NCBI GenBank assembly: GCA_034189125.1
Contig: JAXHVB010000018.1
Location: forward strand, 775-64,774
Direction of reading: 5' to 3'
Origin: Pseudomonadota bacterium
Lineage (GTDB): Bacteria; Pseudomonadota; Gammaproteobacteria; Pseudomonadales; UBA5862
DNA: 64,000 nucleotides
The translations under genes and the position numbers were made by a program. Below, in pieces: positions 61,456-64,000 of this stretch. The notes beneath the pieces were generated by a model that searched no databases, was not told where the DNA came from, and saw nothing but the letters and a program-made list of their open reading frames with translations. Position 1 is the first letter of the stretch; each line of letters begins with the position of its first letter.

Positions 61456-61545
61456 GGGGGAGGTTCCTTGTAACTGTTGCGTCAATGATGCGGAGGCAGA
61501 CTGGGTCTGTCTCGGGTGTCCACGCCGAATTGATGGACTCACCAC

Positions 61546-61551
61546 TATAAT
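61546..61551 (+). promoter_or_regulatory. candidate -10 hexamer (perfect TATAAT) for the priming-transferase gene
   Basis: TATAAT at 61546-61551 lies 54 nt upstream of the GTG at 61605, and RBS CAGGAGAG sits at 61588. The only TTG-containing hexamer (TTGATG, 61530) is 10 nt away, so the -35 is poor. Confidence 0.3.
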
Positions 61552-61604
61552 AGAAGGCATTCCTTGCCCTGACCATTCTGAGCCCTGCAGGAGAGACCGG
61601 TTCC

Positions 61605-63005
61605 GTGAGCAGCATTCGCATCGCCAAACACTACATTCATGCGCCCTACCTGTTGCTCGGCGTTGTTGAGGCATTGGTGTTCGTTGGCGCGGTGTTCGTG
61701 GGGTCTTTCCTGCGCTTTGGGGAACCGGTTGTGGTCGACGAAGACCTTGCCCCACTGCCATTGCGTGCACTCTTCTTTTCGTTTGTGCTCCTGGTGTCGA
61801 TGCTTGCGATGGGGGTCTACCAGGTCCGGTATCGGGAAGGGTACGCAGGCATGCTGCTGCGCACGGCCACCAGCTTCATGCTCAGTGGCGTGGCGCTGTC
61901 TTTGCTGTTTTATGTGGTGCCGCCGTTGTTTCTGGGGCGCGGGATTCTTGCATTTTCGATCCTGATCGCGCTGGCGGCCATTGCGCTGATCCGCCTGGTC
62001 TTCTTCCGCAACCTTTCTGACGACCTGCTCAAGACCCGGGTGCTGGTGCTGGGTGCGGGGCAGCGTGCGGTGAACATTCTGGAGCGCTTACGCCGTCGCG
62101 CGGATCGCAAGGGCTTTTCTCTGCAAGGTTTCGTCCCGGTCGAACGGGAGGCCGTTCGGGTACCGGAAAAGACCTTGCTTCAACCCGAGGGCAGCCTGCT
62201 GGATTATGCGCTCTCCGAAGAGGTGGACGAAATCGTATGGGCCGTTGACGACCGGCGCAGCTCCGGCGAAATGGACGACCTGTTTGAATGCAAGATGGCC
62301 GGCATCGCGGTGATCGATGTGGCCACGTTTTTCGAGCGCGAAGTCGGGCGCATGGAGCTGGACCTGATCCATCCAAGTGCGCTGATTTTCTCCGATGGGT
62401 TCAATCGAAGTCCGCTGCGTTCGTTTTCAAAGCGTGCGTTCGACCTCTGCGCCGCCTCCATGCTGTTGCTGCTGAGTCTGCCCGTGCTGGTGCTTACTCG
62501 GATTTGCATTGGCCTTGAGGAAGGCTTCCGCGCCCCGGTGATATATCGGCAAACCCGTGTAGGGTTGGATGACAAGCCGTTCACCGTGTCCAAGTTTCGC
62601 AGCATGCGCGTCGATGCCGAGCGTGAGGGCGCGCAGTTTGCCCAGCAGGGAGACAGCCGGGTGACCCGCGTCGGTCAGGTGATTCGCAAGTACCGCATTG
62701 ATGAGTTGCCCCAGTTGTTGAATATTTTGAAGGGTGATATGAGTTTCGTCGGGCCCCGTCCCGAGCGACCCGAATTTGTCCAGGGATTCGAAGCGCGCAT
62801 CCCCTTCTACAATGCCCGCCACCGCGTCAAGCCGGGCCTGACCGGCTGGGCCCAGATCAACTACCCCTACGGTGACTCTGAAGAGGACGCACGCCTCAAG
62901 CTGCAGTACGACCTGTACTACGTGAAGAACCACAGCTTGATGCTCGACCTTTTGATCCTCATTCGGACGGTCGAAACGATCCTCTTTCAGCAAGGCTCGC
63001 GCTGA
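61605..63005 (+). CDS. polyprenyl-phosphate sugar-phosphate transferase (bacterial sugar transferase, PEP-CTERM-system-associated EpsB_2 type)
   Basis: GTG start. The N-terminus [24 protein letters not shown] is typical of the PEP-CTERM-associated subfamily. Four to five TM helices, then the catalytic C-terminus [34 protein letters not shown] and GLTGWAQIN. Confidence 0.85.
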   Translation: MSSIRIAKHYIHAPYLLLGVVEALVFVGAVFVGSFLRFGEPVVVDEDLAPLPLRALFFSFVLLVSMLAMGVYQVRYREGYAGMLLRTATSFMLSGVALSLLFYVVPPLFLGRGILAFSILIALAAIALIRLVFFRNLSDDLLKTRVLVLGAGQRAVNILERLRRRADRKGFSLQGFVPVEREAVRVPEKTLLQPEGSLLDYALSEEVDEIVWAVDDRRSSGEMDDLFECKMAGIAVIDVATFFEREVGRMELDLIHPSALIFSDGFNRSPLRSFSKRAFDLCAASMLLLLSLPVLVLTRICIGLEEGFRAPVIYRQTRVGLDDKPFTVSKFRSMRVDAEREGAQFAQQGDSRVTRVGQVIRKYRIDELPQLLNILKGDMSFVGPRPERPEFVQGFEARIPFYNARHRVKPGLTGWAQINYPYGDSEEDARLKLQYDLYYVKNHSLMLDLLILIRTVETILFQQGSR

Positions 63006-63018
63006 CCGGTCTTGGCTT

Positions 63019-64000
63019 TCAGTCTGGCCGCAGGGCCTTGTACATCAGGTGGGGCGCGAGCAGGTGGAGCGGCATCCGCAGCCAGTGTCCACGCACATAG
63101 AGAAACCGTCGCGCCGAGCGGGTGCCGGATCGGTCCGCAAGCGGATGAACAGGAGCGAGTGCGCGGGTGTAGCAAAACTCCATCCAGGCATCGGCGACTG
63201 AATGTGGCGCAAACTGCCGCACAGCGGCGAGTGCGCTGTCGGGCATGGCGGTATCAAAGACCCGTCTGACGTTGGCCACTGCATAGTAGAGGGCGCGGCC
63301 GACCCCCCAGTCTTCAGCTCGACCCAGAAGCGCCTGCCACAACTGCTCGTCTTTCGCCTTGTCCGACAGCAGGCGGTGCAGGTCGTACAGATCCCGCAAT
63401 CCATTGTGCAGCTCACCTTCGTAGAACAGGTGGATGATGCTGTGCAGGATGAGGTCGGACCGGCAGGGGATCCACAATTCGGGCAGTTCCGCTGCACGCT
63501 CGGCGCGTTGCCACAGCCCTTCGGCATCGGGGCTGGCCTTGCAGGTGCGCGGCAGCAGCCGGTGGTGTACATCCAGTTGGCTGTGGCGCTTCACATGGGT
63601 CAGTGGTGGCAGTTCATGCATCCAGCGGCGGTAGTATCGCTGGTCGTAGGCGTTCACCTGAGTGGACATCCAGCCGGCAATCGCCAGGCGCTTCTCTGTG
63701 GTATCCAGGTGTTGTTCCGGCACCAGAATGTCGATGTCGCTGAGCAGCCGGCCGGCGGCGACAGGGTGCCCCTGCGCCGCGTAGGCTGCGCCCTTGAGCG
63801 CCATCACCGGAACGCCCATCGGTTCCAAGGCCCCGAGCACCTGCTCCAGCTCCCATCGGATCGAGCGTGCCTGGCGCTCGAGCAGCGCACTCGCGCCGGT
63901 GAGGTGGCGCTGGACCCTGGGCGGCGCCGCAATGCCATGTTGCTGCACCAACAACGCCAGCACGCATTGCAGGTTGGCGGCAATGGCTTGGCGCAAGACC
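63019..64000 (-). CDS. uncharacterised nucleotidyltransferase-family protein (NTP_transf_5-like), 5'-truncated by the window edge
   Basis: Open frame from the window end down to the stop at 63019. LSDIDILVPEQHLDTTEKRLAIAGW and QLDVHHRLLP resemble the PF14907-type nucleotidyltransferase core. The N-terminus is not in the window. Confidence 0.6.
   Translation of the reverse strand, partial: VLRQAIAANLQCVLALLVQQHGIAAPPRVQRHLTGASALLERQARSIRWELEQVLGALEPMGVPVMALKGAAYAAQGHPVAAGRLLSDIDILVPEQHLDTTEKRLAIAGWMSTQVNAYDQRYYRRWMHELPPLTHVKRHSQLDVHHRLLPRTCKASPDAEGLWQRAERAAELPELWIPCRSDLILHSIIHLFYEGELHNGLRDLYDLHRLLSDKAKDEQLWQALLGRAEDWGVGRALYYAVANVRRVFDTAMPDSALAAVRQFAPHSVADAWMEFCYTRALAPVHPLADRSGTRSARRFLYVRGHWLRMPLHLLAPHLMYKALRPD

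Noticed and set aside
61497-61509. Small inverted repeat CAGAC-TGG-GTCTG in the divergent region between the dehydrogenase and priming-transferase genes.
   Set aside because: A 5-bp stem is too short to distinguish from chance in GC-rich DNA. It is mentioned only as a possible operator half-site pair.
1-64000. Search for CRISPR arrays, tRNA/rRNA genes, IS elements, integrases, toxin-antitoxin or phage-defence genes, and for ORFs ending in a PEP-CTERM sorting signal.
   Set aside because: No regularly spaced direct repeats, no cloverleaf-like or rRNA-like segments and no transposase/integrase-like translations were seen. No ORF in the track terminates in Pro-Glu-Pro plus a hydrophobic helix and basic tail. 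Absence is by eye only and should be confirmed with tRNAscan, Infernal, ISfinder and the PEP-CTERM HMM.

Overview
High-GC (roughly 63-66% by eye) proteobacterial chromosome segment that is almost entirely polysaccharide biosynthesis, with no rRNA, tRNA, CRISPR or transposase/integrase genes visible. (1) 108-6653: a polytopic membrane protein, an FAD-linked oxidase, and an MMPL/RND exporter whose ATG directly follows the stop of an N-acyl-amino-acid-synthase-like GNAT. A divergent paralogue of that GNAT lies next to it. (2) 6903-33896 (+): one ~27 kb, tightly start/stop-coupled operon holding the conserved core of an exosortase A (XrtA/EpsH) PEP-CTERM-type EPS locus. It encodes a Wza-like export lipoprotein, a split chain-length determinant plus tyrosine autokinase, an OM beta-barrel, an ExeA-like ATPase, WecB, a polysaccharide deacetylase, a FemAB-like protein, GT4s, an XrtA-EpsI fusion, rmlACDB, a Cys-nucleophile AsnB amidotransferase and a Wzy/O-antigen-ligase-like protein. 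A sulfotransferase, more GTs and a small TPR protein extend it. (3) 33893-56137 (-): a convergent ~22 kb operon that meets the first operon with overlapping stop codons. It encodes a 1058-aa GT2/multi-TM/alkaline-phosphatase-superfamily fusion, a second sulfotransferase, a second deacetylase, GT2/GT4s, a 637-aa orphan, a WbsX-like protein, an FkbM methyltransferase, a Wzm/Wzt ABC exporter, and an uncharacterised trio of formyltransferase, QW-repeat alpha/alpha-toroid protein and CapK/PaaK-like adenylating enzyme. (4) 56383-59023 (+): an AsnB paralogue lacking the N-terminal Cys, followed by a secreted S1 protease. (5) 59119-64000: UDP-glucuronate 4-epimerase-like and UDP-HexNAc dehydrogenase-like genes, the PEP-CTERM-type priming sugar transferase, and a 5'-truncated NTP_transf_5-like gene at the edge. 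No PEP-CTERM substrate gene, PrsK/PrsR/PrsT regulator, Wzx flippase or PAPS-synthesis gene is visible in the window. All family names rest on motif recognition and recalled family knowledge; no searches were run.
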